Origin: Rhodothermales bacterium
Lineage (GTDB): Bacteria; Bacteroidota; Rhodothermia; Rhodothermales; Bin80
Assembly (NCBI GenBank): GCA_965200955.1
Contig: OZ241742.1
Location: forward strand, 3,446,070 to 3,510,069
Length of the DNA stretch: 64,000 nucleotides
Direction: 5' to 3'
Position 1 is the first letter of the stretch, and each line of letters begins with the position of its first letter. The position numbers were made by a program, and so were the translations under genes. Positions 1 through 9,989 of the stretch are shown here, piece by piece. The notes beneath the pieces were generated by a model. The model was not told the origin of the DNA. It saw nothing but the letters and a program-made list of their open reading frames with translations, and did no database searches.

Positions 1-357
1 TGGACGGTTGAAACGGACCCCAAAAATCTACAACCCAATGTGGATCGGATCAATCGTGACATTGCCGAATTAATACGACAGCATCCTCCCTTAGAAAGGG
101 ATAAAAAGCAACGGCAATTAGCACTTGACATTTTAGAATCGCCTTGGCCTCGACGCGAACAAACTGAACTACGAAAAATATTTAATCAGTCTGTAGATGA
201 TGTGGCTGTACCCAGAACAACCCTTTCTAATGACCTTGTTCAGTATATCCTTTCCACCGGATTGGAACCCAGCCAAATTCCTCCTCCCCTCCCTGAGATC
301 ATATTAGATGATATCAAGCTCATGTGTTGGATGGCGATTGAGCCAGAAATCAACTAA
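1..357 (+). CDS. C-terminal fragment of a protein running in from the window edge; resembles the tail of PLD/SNF2-type helicases of DUF499/DUF1156 restriction-like defence loci
   Basis: Frame is open from base 1 to TAA at 355-357. The ending PPLPEIILDDIKLMCWMAI recalls that family from memory only. Confidence 0.4.
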   Translation, partial: WTVETDPKNLQPNVDRINRDIAELIRQHPPLERDKKQRQLALDILESPWPRREQTELRKIFNQSVDDVAVPRTTLSNDLVQYILSTGLEPSQIPPPLPEIILDDIKLMCWMAIEPEIN

Positions 358-1104
358 ATAGGCTATATCAAATTGATCTCCATATTTTCATAATGACCCT
401 ATTTGGTGTACCATCACTTCTACTTTTCATCTGTATTGGGTAGATCGTAACCACAAGTGGGCATACTTTGAGATTTCTTTTTTTTTCAAGAAATGATGAG
501 TAGCGTTATTTCTATGAGGGGGCTTTTAACTCTGATTCATTTGGGGTAAAATAAATCCAAAATCGCTCTAAAAATGACTGCAAATCATATTCAAAACCCC
601 CACTCTGATTTAGTTGAAGGTAGCATTAATTTTGCTTCCCCCGTTGTAATGTTGTCCAGATAGTATTTATGTCGTACTGAACAATAATACTCGCAATCAA
701 GATAGAAAAAAAAATGCGTTGAGAATTTTGTTGATCTTTGGCGCTGTTCACGAACCTAAACTGTGTGATTACACATCATGGGAATACTTGTCAACAAGAT
801 ATAATACTGTCACACTCAAGACTGAACTTACCCCCTAAATTTCCTCAAAATAGGATTTTTGCACCTTAACTCTCTCATTTCGTCTCGAAATCTGGCTTAT
901 TTCGGGCCTGATTTCGTCCTTTTTTCGTGATTTCCCCCGTTTTCCGCAGAATCTTCACCTTTTTTCGTGAACACTGTGCAGTTTTAAGCGATTTTTATCC
1001 TGTCCATGTAATTTTTTTCTAATTTGCGTTCAAAATTTGGTTTTTTTCGTTTTATATTGTATATTACCCATGTTTTCAACCTTTAACCAGATATTTTCCT
1101 GTCC

Positions 1105-2835
1105 ATGTTTGTTGAACGGATTCCAAACCGAAACTCCAACCCCACTTTCCTGATCCGTGAGTCCAAATGGGTCAATGGCAGTGCAGTCAAACGCACCCTT
1201 GCCAATATCACCAAACTCCCCGATGCCATCATTGAACAGATCCGCCTGCTCCTCAAGGGAGGAACCGTGGTCCAAGAGTTTAAAGATATGTTTGACACCC
1301 AGAGCAACCTCCCCCACGGCCATGTCGCCGCCGTCCTGGGCACCATGGAGCAACTCAAGATCCCCGAACTCATTGCTCCCCAAAATTCACGCTTCCGCCG
1401 ACTGGTCCTTGGCATGATTGCCGCCCGCGTGCTCAGACCTGTCAGTAAACTGGCCACGGGATCCATGATGGATTCCGAGTGTCCTTCCTCTACCCTGAAC
1501 GAAGAACTGGCTCTCAAACGCGTGGATCAGGACGATCTGTATGAGGCGATGGATGCATTGGTCAAGCAGAAAACCAGCATTGAATGCCGATTAGCCAAGC
1601 GCCATCTCAAAGAAGGTGCTCTCGTACTCTACGACGTGACCAGCAGCTATGTTGAGGGAGAACAGAATGAACTTGCAGACTTTGGATACAACAAAGACAA
1701 GAAACGCAATAAAAAGCAAATCGTGATCGGGCTGATGACCGATGAGGATGGGTGTCCTGTGGGGGTGGAGGTGTTCAAGGGCAATACCGCTGATGTGAGT
1801 ACGCTCAGTACGCAGATTGTCAAACTTCAAACCACCTTCGGGCTTGAAAATGTGGTTCTGGTGGGAGATCGTGGCATCCTGAAGCAGAAGCAGCTCCATG
1901 AAGAGATCATGCCCGTAGGACTGGACTGGGTGACGGCAATGCAGAAGAGTCAGATTCGGGACATTGTGGATCAGCAAGAGGTGCAGATGAGCCTCTTTGA
2001 TGAGCAGAATCTCACCGAAATCTACAGTGATCTGTATCCAGAGGACCGGTTGATCTTGTGCAAAAATCCCATTCTGGCCGTCGCCAAGAAAAAGAAACGC
2101 GAACAATTATTGCGTCTGACCGAGAAGGAACTGGATCCCATCGTCAAGGCAACCAAGCGTGCATCCCACCCCCTCAAGGGAAAAGATAGAATGGCGGAGC
2201 GGGTTGGGAAAGTGATCCACAAGTACAAAATGGCGAAGTTCTTTGACCGGAAGTATGAAGAGGACTCCTTCTCCTATTCGCGCAAAAAGGAGTTGATTGA
2301 GAAAGCAGAACTGCTTGACGGCGTGTATGCTATCCGTTCCAGTTTGAAGGAGCATCCAGAGGCCAAGCAGTTGGTGGCCAACTATAAGCGTCTGTCGACC
2401 GTAGAGATTGCTTTCCGTACGATGAAAACCATGTCTTTACAGGTGCGTCCGATTTATCACCGTAAAGAACACCGTGTCATTGCACATGTCTTTTTGTGTA
2501 TGCTGGCCTATTATGTTGAATATCACATGCGCCTGAAATTAGCACCGATATTGTTTGCCGAAGAGAACCCCTTGCAGAGACGTGCACAGCGTGAGGATGT
2601 CGTTGCACCTTCCCAACCCTCAGAGACCGCGAAAAAGAAAGCCAGTAAGAAAAAGACAGAAACAGGGGAGGATGTGTTGAGCTTCGCCAGCGTACTTGAA
2701 AAACTGTCGGGAGTATGCAGGATGGTTGTCATTCCGAAAATTAGTGCAAAGAAGAAACCCACAGTGGTCATGGTCCGCAAGGTCGGTAATACGCAAAAAC
2801 GAGCTTTCGATCTTCTGGGCGTGAAATACTCCTGA
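1105..2835 (+). CDS. IS1634-family DDE transposase
   Basis: 576 aa with the family motifs LYDVTSSYVEG, FGYNKD, VGDRG, YKRLSTVEIAFRTMK and RPIYH...RVIAHVFLCMLAY. Confidence 0.92.
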   Translation: MFVERIPNRNSNPTFLIRESKWVNGSAVKRTLANITKLPDAIIEQIRLLLKGGTVVQEFKDMFDTQSNLPHGHVAAVLGTMEQLKIPELIAPQNSRFRRLVLGMIAARVLRPVSKLATGSMMDSECPSSTLNEELALKRVDQDDLYEAMDALVKQKTSIECRLAKRHLKEGALVLYDVTSSYVEGEQNELADFGYNKDKKRNKKQIVIGLMTDEDGCPVGVEVFKGNTADVSTLSTQIVKLQTTFGLENVVLVGDRGILKQKQLHEEIMPVGLDWVTAMQKSQIRDIVDQQEVQMSLFDEQNLTEIYSDLYPEDRLILCKNPILAVAKKKKREQLLRLTEKELDPIVKATKRASHPLKGKDRMAERVGKVIHKYKMAKFFDRKYEEDSFSYSRKKELIEKAELLDGVYAIRSSLKEHPEAKQLVANYKRLSTVEIAFRTMKTMSLQVRPIYHRKEHRVIAHVFLCMLAYYVEYHMRLKLAPILFAEENPLQRRAQREDVVAPSQPSETAKKKASKKKTETGEDVLSFASVLEKLSGVCRMVVIPKISAKKKPTVVMVRKVGNTQKRAFDLLGVKYS

Positions 2836-2864
2836 CATAGATCGTCCAAGTCTATAATTTTCCC

Positions 2865-2897
2865 AAGACTGCACCCTTTGCTGCAGTCTTTTTTTTT
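2865..2897 (+). terminator. Intrinsic terminator inside the IS right end
   Basis: Stem AAGACTGCA/TGCAGTCTT followed by a T run, 30 bp after the transposase stop. Confidence 0.75.
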
Positions 2898-3062
2898 GTC
2901 CCAAAAAGGAGGAGATTCTGTAGATTTTTGTACACCTAATAATTTTGAAAAGGGGGTAAGTTCAGTCAAGAACTGTCAGGGGATCTGATCCAGACCTATG
3001 TGGGATTAATGCCAAGAACGATAGTTCATAAAAAATCTGTGATCCACACCTAAAATTCAATG

Positions 3063-3764
3063 TCAGGATTCAGTTTCTGACATGGTGCTGATCAGTTTGT
3101 CTCTAAGTTCCAATGCGAGTACTCGGTGTACTTCGTCTTCGTAAAGACCATTTTCAAAAGCAACATGACGAATTAACCTATGTTCTTCATCGGTATATTG
3201 ATTCTTATCACTCATGTAGTCAAAACTAAACGATTGAATTTGATACGCATCTTTGCCTTTGACCTGATCATGTACCATACTGGCGACTCTTTCAACCCAA
3301 GCAACTGCATCCAACTGTTCGGAAATATTTTTACCCTTGTCAGTTAGATGAATAGGACTACGCTTAGATTCAATTTCTGAAAATAGACGGTAATAAATTC
3401 GAGAATTACTATCTTTGAGTTCTTGAATTTTTTCCTGATTATCGCGGATCAATTGCTGATTTTCTCGGATCTCTTTCCGAATTTCTCGGATCTCTTGCTG
3501 ATTTTCTCGGATTTCTTTCCGAATTTCTCGGATCTCTTGCTGATTCTTCTCAATCAATAGCTGATTCTTCTCAATCCGCAGCTGATTTTCATGCATCATC
3601 TGCAGTTGCCTTGAGCTTTGATCCTTGAAATCTTTCATAAATTCCCTGAAGCCAGACCGATCCTTGTTGACCGATCCTATCCAAATTCCTATGGCAACGA
3701 GAGCCGGCACAATGGCAATAACAAGTGCAATGATGATTTCAGTAATTGGAATCCAGTCAGGCAT
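3063..3764 (-). CDS. Hypothetical membrane-anchored coiled-coil protein with internal tandem repeats
   Basis: N-terminal hydrophobic helix, then NQQEIREIRKEIRE twice plus degenerate NQ-heptads. Confidence 0.7.
   Translation of the reverse strand: MPDWIPITEIIIALVIAIVPALVAIGIWIGSVNKDRSGFREFMKDFKDQSSRQLQMMHENQLRIEKNQLLIEKNQQEIREIRKEIRENQQEIREIRKEIRENQQLIRDNQEKIQELKDSNSRIYYRLFSEIESKRSPIHLTDKGKNISEQLDAVAWVERVASMVHDQVKGKDAYQIQSFSFDYMSDKNQYTDEEHRLIRHVAFENGLYEDEVHRVLALELRDKLISTMSETES
3454..3548. repeat. 42-bp in-frame tandem repeat (about 2.2 copies)
   Basis: TGCTGATTTTCTCGGAT(C/T)TCTTTCCGAATTTCTCGGATCTCT repeated head-to-tail. Confidence 0.8.
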
Positions 3765-4094
3765 ATGTCCTAATTGATCGCAAGAGTGAACGGATTAATT
3801 CAACTAAAATCAGTAAACGATTGCTTTCAAATGTGGTTCCATGTGAATGATATGGAAAACCAAACAGGTCACATGTTTACATGGTGTACTTTTTGGGCTG
3901 AATGTTCATTGATGCTGACAGCAATTCTTAGTTTACGTTGACCGGTGATGATGTCAATAATCCATTTCGTTGTATATTTAATGAATATCCATCCTAACTG
4001 ATCTGGATAGCAAGTGCGTTGTTGATTCACTCTCGTTGCCTCTTTTCGTCTCCTTCATCCTATAATCAAATCTATCTTTCAACTTTTAAAAGAT

Positions 4095-5957
4095 ATGCTT
4101 TCCTACGTGATCCGACCTTCCTTCTCCATAATTATCCTGCTCATTGCTCTGTTAATCCCGAATATTCTTTCAGCACAGTCACAATGGGAATTAGTCTGGA
4201 GCGACGAGTTTGATTATACTGGAATTCCTAACCCTGACTTGTGGTCCTATGATGTTGGAGGAAATGGCTGGGGTAATCAGGAAGAACAATATTATACAGA
4301 TGCCCGATCTGAAAATGCAAGAGTAGACGGTGATCATCTCATCATTGAGGCCCGAAAAGAATCATGGGGTGGGCGTAATTACACCTCTGCCCGACTGGTT
4401 TCCAAGGGAAAAGGAGATTGGACCTACGGACGAATTGAAGTTCGTGCCCAAGTCCCCAAAGCCAGAGGTACATGGCCCGCGATTTGGATGCTTCCCACCA
4501 ATAGTTTTTACGGTAATCGTGGCTGGCCTGATACTGGCGAGATTGATATCATGGAACATCTTGGTCATACCCCAGGGCGGATACATGCCACCATACATAC
4601 CGACGCATTCAATCACCAGCAAAACACTCAGCGCGGTGGATCCATTGAAGTTGCTGATGCAACCGATGCACTTCATGTATATGCCGTCGAGTGGACCCCT
4701 ACCCGTATGAAATTTTCGGTTGACGGTAACACTTTTTGGACCTACAACAAAGGGGTAGGAAATTGGACTGCCTGGCCCTTTGACACACATTTTCATCTCA
4801 TTCTTAATGTTGCCATTGGAGGGACTTGGGGGGGACAGCAAGGTATAGATCCAAATCTTTCCTCTGAAAAAATGCTGATTGATTATGTCAGAGTCTATCA
4901 ATATGTTGGTGTGCCTTCCATTACCTATGAATTCCCAACCAATATTCAAGTCGGCGGCAATGCTACCTTCACTGGAACCTCATCCGATCCAGATGGTCGC
5001 GTCCAAAGAGTAGAGTTTTATCAGGGAGATGGTCTCGTTGACAGAATTGTCAGAGGAGTTGAGCAATGGACGGTCACCGTCGATAACCTTTCTGAAGGAT
5101 GTTATAATGTGCGTGCGAAGGTGATTGATGATGGCGGCTGGTCGTTTGATTCGCCAGTTACTCCATTTAATGTAGGTGCTACTTGTGGACAAGCTCCCTA
5201 TCTTATGAGCCCCCACCCCATTGAACGGAGAATTGAAGCCGAGTATTTCGACTTGGGTGGGCCACGAGTCGCATACCGAGACCTCTCATCCACCAATGAC
5301 GGCAATGGTATACGATTGGATGAAGGCGTTGACATATACCCTACGACTGATGGCACTGGCTATCATATTGGGAATACATCTCGACGGGAGTGGGTTAACT
5401 ATACCGTCCATGTTGACCGAGCTGGAATCTATGATGTACAGGTGAGAATGGCAAGTCAGGCTCGGAGTGTCTCATTCTCGTTAGAATTTGATGGCGTTGA
5501 TAAAACTGGCTTGATTGAGCATCCCACTCCGACCAACACCTTTCGAACGGCCCGCATCAATTTAGATGATGGCATACAATTGGACGAAGGGACACAAGTC
5601 ATGAAATTAACCATAGGCGGTGGCGTTCCAAGTATCAACTGGTTTCAATTTCGTTTGAGATCTCCCACCAATCGTGAAGAAACCCCTGACACTGGTGAAA
5701 CAGCTCTGATGGGCAACTACCCGAACCCTTTTACATCTTCAACCATCATAGATTATTATATTGCAACATCTGGGCATTTTGAACTTGACCTATTTAACAC
5801 TTTGGGCCAACATGTCCGTACGTTAGCAAATCACCATCATCAGGCAGGGAATTATACCGCCACAGTATACGCACAAGGCCTCAGCCCTGGCACATACGTT
5901 TATCGATTGTCTGGCAGAGTGACCACTCACGGAATACTCCAGTATGTAAGAGAGTAA
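4095..5957 (+). CDS. Secreted GH16 beta-1,3-glucanase (laminarinase-like) with Ig-like domain, CBM6-like module and T9SS C-terminal domain
   Basis: Signal peptide; WSDEFD, WGNQE, WPAIWMLP and catalytic GEIDIME; IEAEYFDLGG (CBM); GNYPNPF...LSPGTYVYRL (T9SS CTD). Confidence 0.9.
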   Translation: MLSYVIRPSFSIIILLIALLIPNILSAQSQWELVWSDEFDYTGIPNPDLWSYDVGGNGWGNQEEQYYTDARSENARVDGDHLIIEARKESWGGRNYTSARLVSKGKGDWTYGRIEVRAQVPKARGTWPAIWMLPTNSFYGNRGWPDTGEIDIMEHLGHTPGRIHATIHTDAFNHQQNTQRGGSIEVADATDALHVYAVEWTPTRMKFSVDGNTFWTYNKGVGNWTAWPFDTHFHLILNVAIGGTWGGQQGIDPNLSSEKMLIDYVRVYQYVGVPSITYEFPTNIQVGGNATFTGTSSDPDGRVQRVEFYQGDGLVDRIVRGVEQWTVTVDNLSEGCYNVRAKVIDDGGWSFDSPVTPFNVGATCGQAPYLMSPHPIERRIEAEYFDLGGPRVAYRDLSSTNDGNGIRLDEGVDIYPTTDGTGYHIGNTSRREWVNYTVHVDRAGIYDVQVRMASQARSVSFSLEFDGVDKTGLIEHPTPTNTFRTARINLDDGIQLDEGTQVMKLTIGGGVPSINWFQFRLRSPTNREETPDTGETALMGNYPNPFTSSTIIDYYIATSGHFELDLFNTLGQHVRTLANHHHQAGNYTATVYAQGLSPGTYVYRLSGRVTTHGILQYVRE

Positions 5958-6327
5958 CCAGATATGTCTGCGGATTACGAGTCAATTCATTTTTTGAAGA
6001 ACTTCATTGCATGATCAATACTCCATACTCAATGAATCCTAATTAGCTCATTAATCTACCCATCCTCATATATTTCCATATCTAATGGATTTGTATAACC
6101 TCCGCGTTTTAGTCTCAATAATGCCAGACATGATTGGTGGATTCCTTGGAATTAATGGCAAATTCATCCAGTTTTAGCATGAACCCTGGTGATGAAACCT
6201 TCATCCATCACCCTTCATTGATGAATTTTTCACATTTTAAACAAATAGATCTCAATACCATAAGTCATTCTTCATTTGTTGCTGGAGTAAACTTCCATTC
6301 ACTTAAAACTCTCTGAGGTAGACCACC

Positions 6328-6371
6328 AGAACGCCTCCTGATCCCAACGTATCAGGGGGCGTTCTTTTATT
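6328..6371 (+). terminator. Strong hairpin, likely intrinsic terminator
   Basis: 15-bp stem AGAACGCCTCCTGAT/ATCAGGGGGCGTTCT followed by TTTATT. Confidence 0.65.
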
Positions 6372-6850
6372 GTGACTACTATTGTATTCGTACTTGAGCA
6401 GCATCATCCATCCAGTCTTTACATAATGGCTCTTTGTACCAGTAGCGATGATTCTGTACAGATAGGTTCCACTGGCCAAATTCGTTGCATTGAGTTCAAT
6501 ACTCCGAGATTGGCACCCGCCTTAAAATCCTTGGCTGGTAAAGTCATTAATTGCCGTCTAACAGGTCAATCAATTGCAGCTGAACCAGTGCAGACTCTGG
6601 AAGATCAAACTGGATCCGCGTGGATAGATTGAATGGATTGGATCATTGCCATGCAAAGTAAACTCCGTAGGAATCTTGGAATTGTCCACACCGCAACCGT
6701 CGTTGCAAGATTCACCGGTCCATGTTCATCTACTGCAAAGATTTCCAAGTTGTTGGCGGTGTTGGACAAGTGTAGAATGAAGGCCTTACCATAATATCCT
6801 TGCAGATTAATGTCAAATATGTTTTTTGAATCCTTTCCCACAACCTCAAT
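6370..6850 (-). pseudogene. Frameshifted relic of a T9SS cargo protein (C-terminal sorting domain)
   Basis: Reading across frames on the minus strand gives IPTEFTLHGN / NPFNLSTRIQFDLPESALVQLQLIDLL / MTLPAKDFKAGAN / RSIELNATNLASGTYLYRIIATG. The 5' boundary is approximate. Confidence 0.75.
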
Positions 6851-7075
6851 TCTGTGGAATTCAGGAGAGAGCTTGAGATACCGATTGTTGACCTGATCAA
6901 ATAACTGTGGGGAAATTTCATGTTTTTCTTGAAAACCTACTATCTTCTCAAGAGATTTTCAATTTTTCCTGTAAAAAAATCAAGGTTTTTAGTAAATTCC
7001 CGAACTTTTTCTTTTGTGCATGGTTCAACGCTATTCATTCACTTTATATTCACTTACGAATCCTTTTCTTTTCTT

Positions 7076-9268
7076 ATGAGCAATCAACCTCACAATCTTA
7101 CTGCGGCTACAAAGTATCGCTTGAATCATATTGAGTCGATCACCCCTCCCGATATGGAGGAGGATTTTGGTGTCAATACGTTTAGCATTGATGAGATGCG
7201 CAAGCGACTGCCAAAAGCTGTCTTACAGGGTATGATCAATTGCATTACCAAAAGTGCACCCATTGATACCCAGCACGCTGAAATCGTGGCACTTACGATG
7301 AAGGAGTGGGCTTTAGAGCGCGGTGCGACCCACTTTGTCCATTGGTTCCAACCTCTCACCGGTGGAACTGCTGGAAAACATGATAGCTTCATCAACCCTA
7401 CCAATGTTGGCAAAGCGATTACGACCCTACGAGGCTCTGATTTAATTCAGGGAGAGCCTGATGCATCCAGCTTCCCCAATGGTGGACTACGTGCAACTCA
7501 TGAAGCTCGAGGATATACGGTCTGGGATCCATCATCCCCCGCATTCCTCGTCGAAAATGAAAACGGAAGTTTCCTTGCGATCCCAACATGTTTTGTTTCA
7601 TGGACTGGTGAGGCACTTGACCACAAAACTCCCCTGCTTCGCTCTATTGATGCCCTCGACCGTCAAGCCCGTCGTGTCCTTCGGATGCTTGGAGAAAATG
7701 TGGACCGAGTTCAGACAACCGTTGGCGCTGAACAGGAGTATTTCCTGATTGATGAAGAGTATTATTACCGTCGCCCTGACCTGTACAATACTGGACGAAC
7801 ACTTCTGGGGGCAGCTCCTCCGAAGGGACAGCAACTTGATGATCACTACTTCGGAGAAATCCCAAGCCGACAGCTTGCCTGCATGCTGGATATCGAAAAA
7901 GAACTTTATCGGCTTGGAATTCCAGTAAAGACTCGGCATAACGAAGTTGCTCCCAGCCAGTATGAACTAGCTCCCGTGTTTGAAACCAGTGGAATCGCAT
8001 CAGATCATCAGCAATTGATTATGATTACGATCAAGCGAATTGCACGTAAACATGGGCTTGTTGCTCTCTTGCATGAGAAGCCATTCGCCAACCTGAACGG
8101 ATCTGGCAAGCATATCAACTGGTCTATCTCAACCGATTCCGGTGAAAACCTACTTGATCCAGGATCTACACCTCATGAAAATCTTACATTCTTGATTTTC
8201 TGTACCGCAGTGATTCGCTCTGTCTATCGCCATCAAGATCTCCTGCGCATTTCCGTGAGTTCTGCTGGCAATGACCATCGACTTGGTGCTAATGAAGCTC
8301 CACCTGCCATTCTAAGTGTTTTCCTGGGATCCCAACTCTCCGGTCTCTATCAGAAACTGATCAACGGCGAAGAACTGAGCTCAGAAAAAGATACAGATCT
8401 GTTCCTTGGGGTGAGCATGTTGCCATTGGTTCCCAAACATGCTGGCGACCGTAACCGTACGTCTCCATTTGCATTTACTGGTAACAAGTTTGAATTCCGT
8501 GCAGCAGGGTCAAATCAATCTCTTGCTTTTCCAAATGTTGTCTTGAATGCTGCTGTTGCTGAATCTCTTCGGGACTTTGCTAACAAGCTGAGAGATGCAC
8601 TTCGAGATAAAGATAAAAGCGACCCAGATGTTTTCAAAAATACCGTTTTGGACATCCTTAAAGCCGATGCCAAAGAATTTGAAACCATTTTATTTGAGGG
8701 TGATAACTACTCTGAGACATGGCATAGAGAAGCTAAAAAACGAGGATTACTGAATCTCCGTACGACCGCTGATGCTCTCGTAGGCTTTGATTCCACCAAG
8801 AATACTGATCTCTTTTCATCCTTTGGTATTCTTACCGCTGCTGAACTCAAAGCCCGTAAAGAAATTGCACTTGAGCAGTATGAGATGGCCATTGACATTG
8901 AAGCAGAGACTCTGGAAAATCTCGTTCGAACACAGATTATGCCTGCCGCTTTTGACTATCTGAATTCGCTGACTCAGATTGCATCTCAATTTAGGTCCAT
9001 CGGTATGAGTGTTTCAGCTACAACTCCATCTGTGCGGACTGCTACTGTCGTTCAGTCGCATCTCAATGAATTAATTGACGCAACGGATGACCTATCTAAG
9101 CTGCTTGGTACCCATGCAGAAGATTTGGAGGAGAATGTCCAGTTCAGAAAAGACTCGGTCGTTCCTGCCATGCTGAAAGTCCGTGACTCTGTAGATACAC
9201 TTGAAGGACTTATTCCACACGCGAAGTGGCCACTACCAAATTATAGCGAAATCCTCTTTATTCATTGA
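7076..9268 (+). CDS. glnA: Glutamine synthetase type III
   Basis: HWFQPLTG, GEPDASSFPNGG, EQEYFL, HNEVAP, NGSGKHINWS, DRNRTSPFAFTGNKFEFRA. ATG 7076 is preferred over the ORF-track start at 6920. Confidence 0.95.
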   Translation: MSNQPHNLTAATKYRLNHIESITPPDMEEDFGVNTFSIDEMRKRLPKAVLQGMINCITKSAPIDTQHAEIVALTMKEWALERGATHFVHWFQPLTGGTAGKHDSFINPTNVGKAITTLRGSDLIQGEPDASSFPNGGLRATHEARGYTVWDPSSPAFLVENENGSFLAIPTCFVSWTGEALDHKTPLLRSIDALDRQARRVLRMLGENVDRVQTTVGAEQEYFLIDEEYYYRRPDLYNTGRTLLGAAPPKGQQLDDHYFGEIPSRQLACMLDIEKELYRLGIPVKTRHNEVAPSQYELAPVFETSGIASDHQQLIMITIKRIARKHGLVALLHEKPFANLNGSGKHINWSISTDSGENLLDPGSTPHENLTFLIFCTAVIRSVYRHQDLLRISVSSAGNDHRLGANEAPPAILSVFLGSQLSGLYQKLINGEELSSEKDTDLFLGVSMLPLVPKHAGDRNRTSPFAFTGNKFEFRAAGSNQSLAFPNVVLNAAVAESLRDFANKLRDALRDKDKSDPDVFKNTVLDILKADAKEFETILFEGDNYSETWHREAKKRGLLNLRTTADALVGFDSTKNTDLFSSFGILTAAELKARKEIALEQYEMAIDIEAETLENLVRTQIMPAAFDYLNSLTQIASQFRSIGMSVSATTPSVRTATVVQSHLNELIDATDDLSKLLGTHAEDLEENVQFRKDSVVPAMLKVRDSVDTLEGLIPHAKWPLPNYSEILFIH

Positions 9269-9283
9269 TAAGGACTGCTGTTT

Positions 9284-9308
9284 GAGACTTCATCATCCGT
9301 GAGGTCTC
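9284..9308. terminator. Hairpin between convergent genes
   Basis: Stem GAGACTTCA/TGAGGTCTC between the glnA and nitroreductase stop codons. Confidence 0.5.
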
Positions 9309-9318
9309 TTGATTCTTC

Positions 9319-9987
9319 TCACAAACTCTTTTCAACCCAGGTCATGAGCTGATCTGGGTTTTTTCGTTTTAAATCAGGAACGGTTGCATCCTCTGCAGGA
9401 TACCCCACTGGAAAAAGAATGTAGGGTCTCTCATTGGAAGGTCTCTCTAAAATCTCAGATAGAAATCGCATGGGACTAGGGGTGTGCGTCAACGTCACTA
9501 AACCTAAATGATGAATCGCCGCAATGAAAAATCCACATGCAATGCCGCAACTTTCTTGTACATAATAATTCTTAGCACCGTCGTCACCGATATTTTTGGC
9601 AAAACATACCACTAGCCAGGGGGCGGTTTCGAGAAATGGTTTCTTCCAGTCCGTACCAATCGGGGACAGTGCGTCAAGCCATTGCTTGGACATTCGTCTT
9701 TCATAACTTTCACGCTCCTCTTTTTCGGCCGCAATTCGGATCTGCGACTGAATGTCTGCATTGCTGACAGCTACAAAATGCCATGGTTGTCGATGTGCAC
9801 CACTTGGTGCCGTTCCAGCCGTAAGAATCGCTTGTTCAATCAATTGACGGGGAACAGGTTGAGAACTGAACGACCGTACCGATCGACGATTCTGCATCAA
9901 CCTGTAAAATCCCTGTGCCCGGGTTAGCATCTCTTTCTCGGAGTGCTCTGTATACTGTAAGGGATGCTTTGGTAAACGATGTGTCAT
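9319..9987 (-). CDS. Nitroreductase-family flavoprotein, iodotyrosine deiodinase (IYD)-like
   Basis: RRSVRSFS, AGTAPSGAHRQPWHF, lid AAEKEERESYERRM...W...GTDWKKPFLETAP, TLTHTPSPM. The start is set at ATG 9987, next to the asnS stop. Confidence 0.85.
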   Translation of the reverse strand: MTHRLPKHPLQYTEHSEKEMLTRAQGFYRLMQNRRSVRSFSSQPVPRQLIEQAILTAGTAPSGAHRQPWHFVAVSNADIQSQIRIAAEKEERESYERRMSKQWLDALSPIGTDWKKPFLETAPWLVVCFAKNIGDDGAKNYYVQESCGIACGFFIAAIHHLGLVTLTHTPSPMRFLSEILERPSNERPYILFPVGYPAEDATVPDLKRKNPDQLMTWVEKSL

Positions 9988-9989
9988 CT

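Larger units (their letters stand above)
822..2965 (+). mobile_element. Complete IS1634-family insertion sequence (2,144 bp)
   Basis: Terminal inverted repeats CTGAACTTACCCCCT (822-836) and AGGGGGTAAGTTCAG (2951-2965). A 6-bp direct repeat TCAAGA flanks both ends (816-821, 2966-2971). It encloses a DDE transposase. Confidence 0.93.

Noticed and set aside
6920-7075. N-terminal extension of glutamine synthetase
   Set aside because: It is AT-rich promoter-like DNA; ATG 7076 gives a normal GSIII N-terminus.
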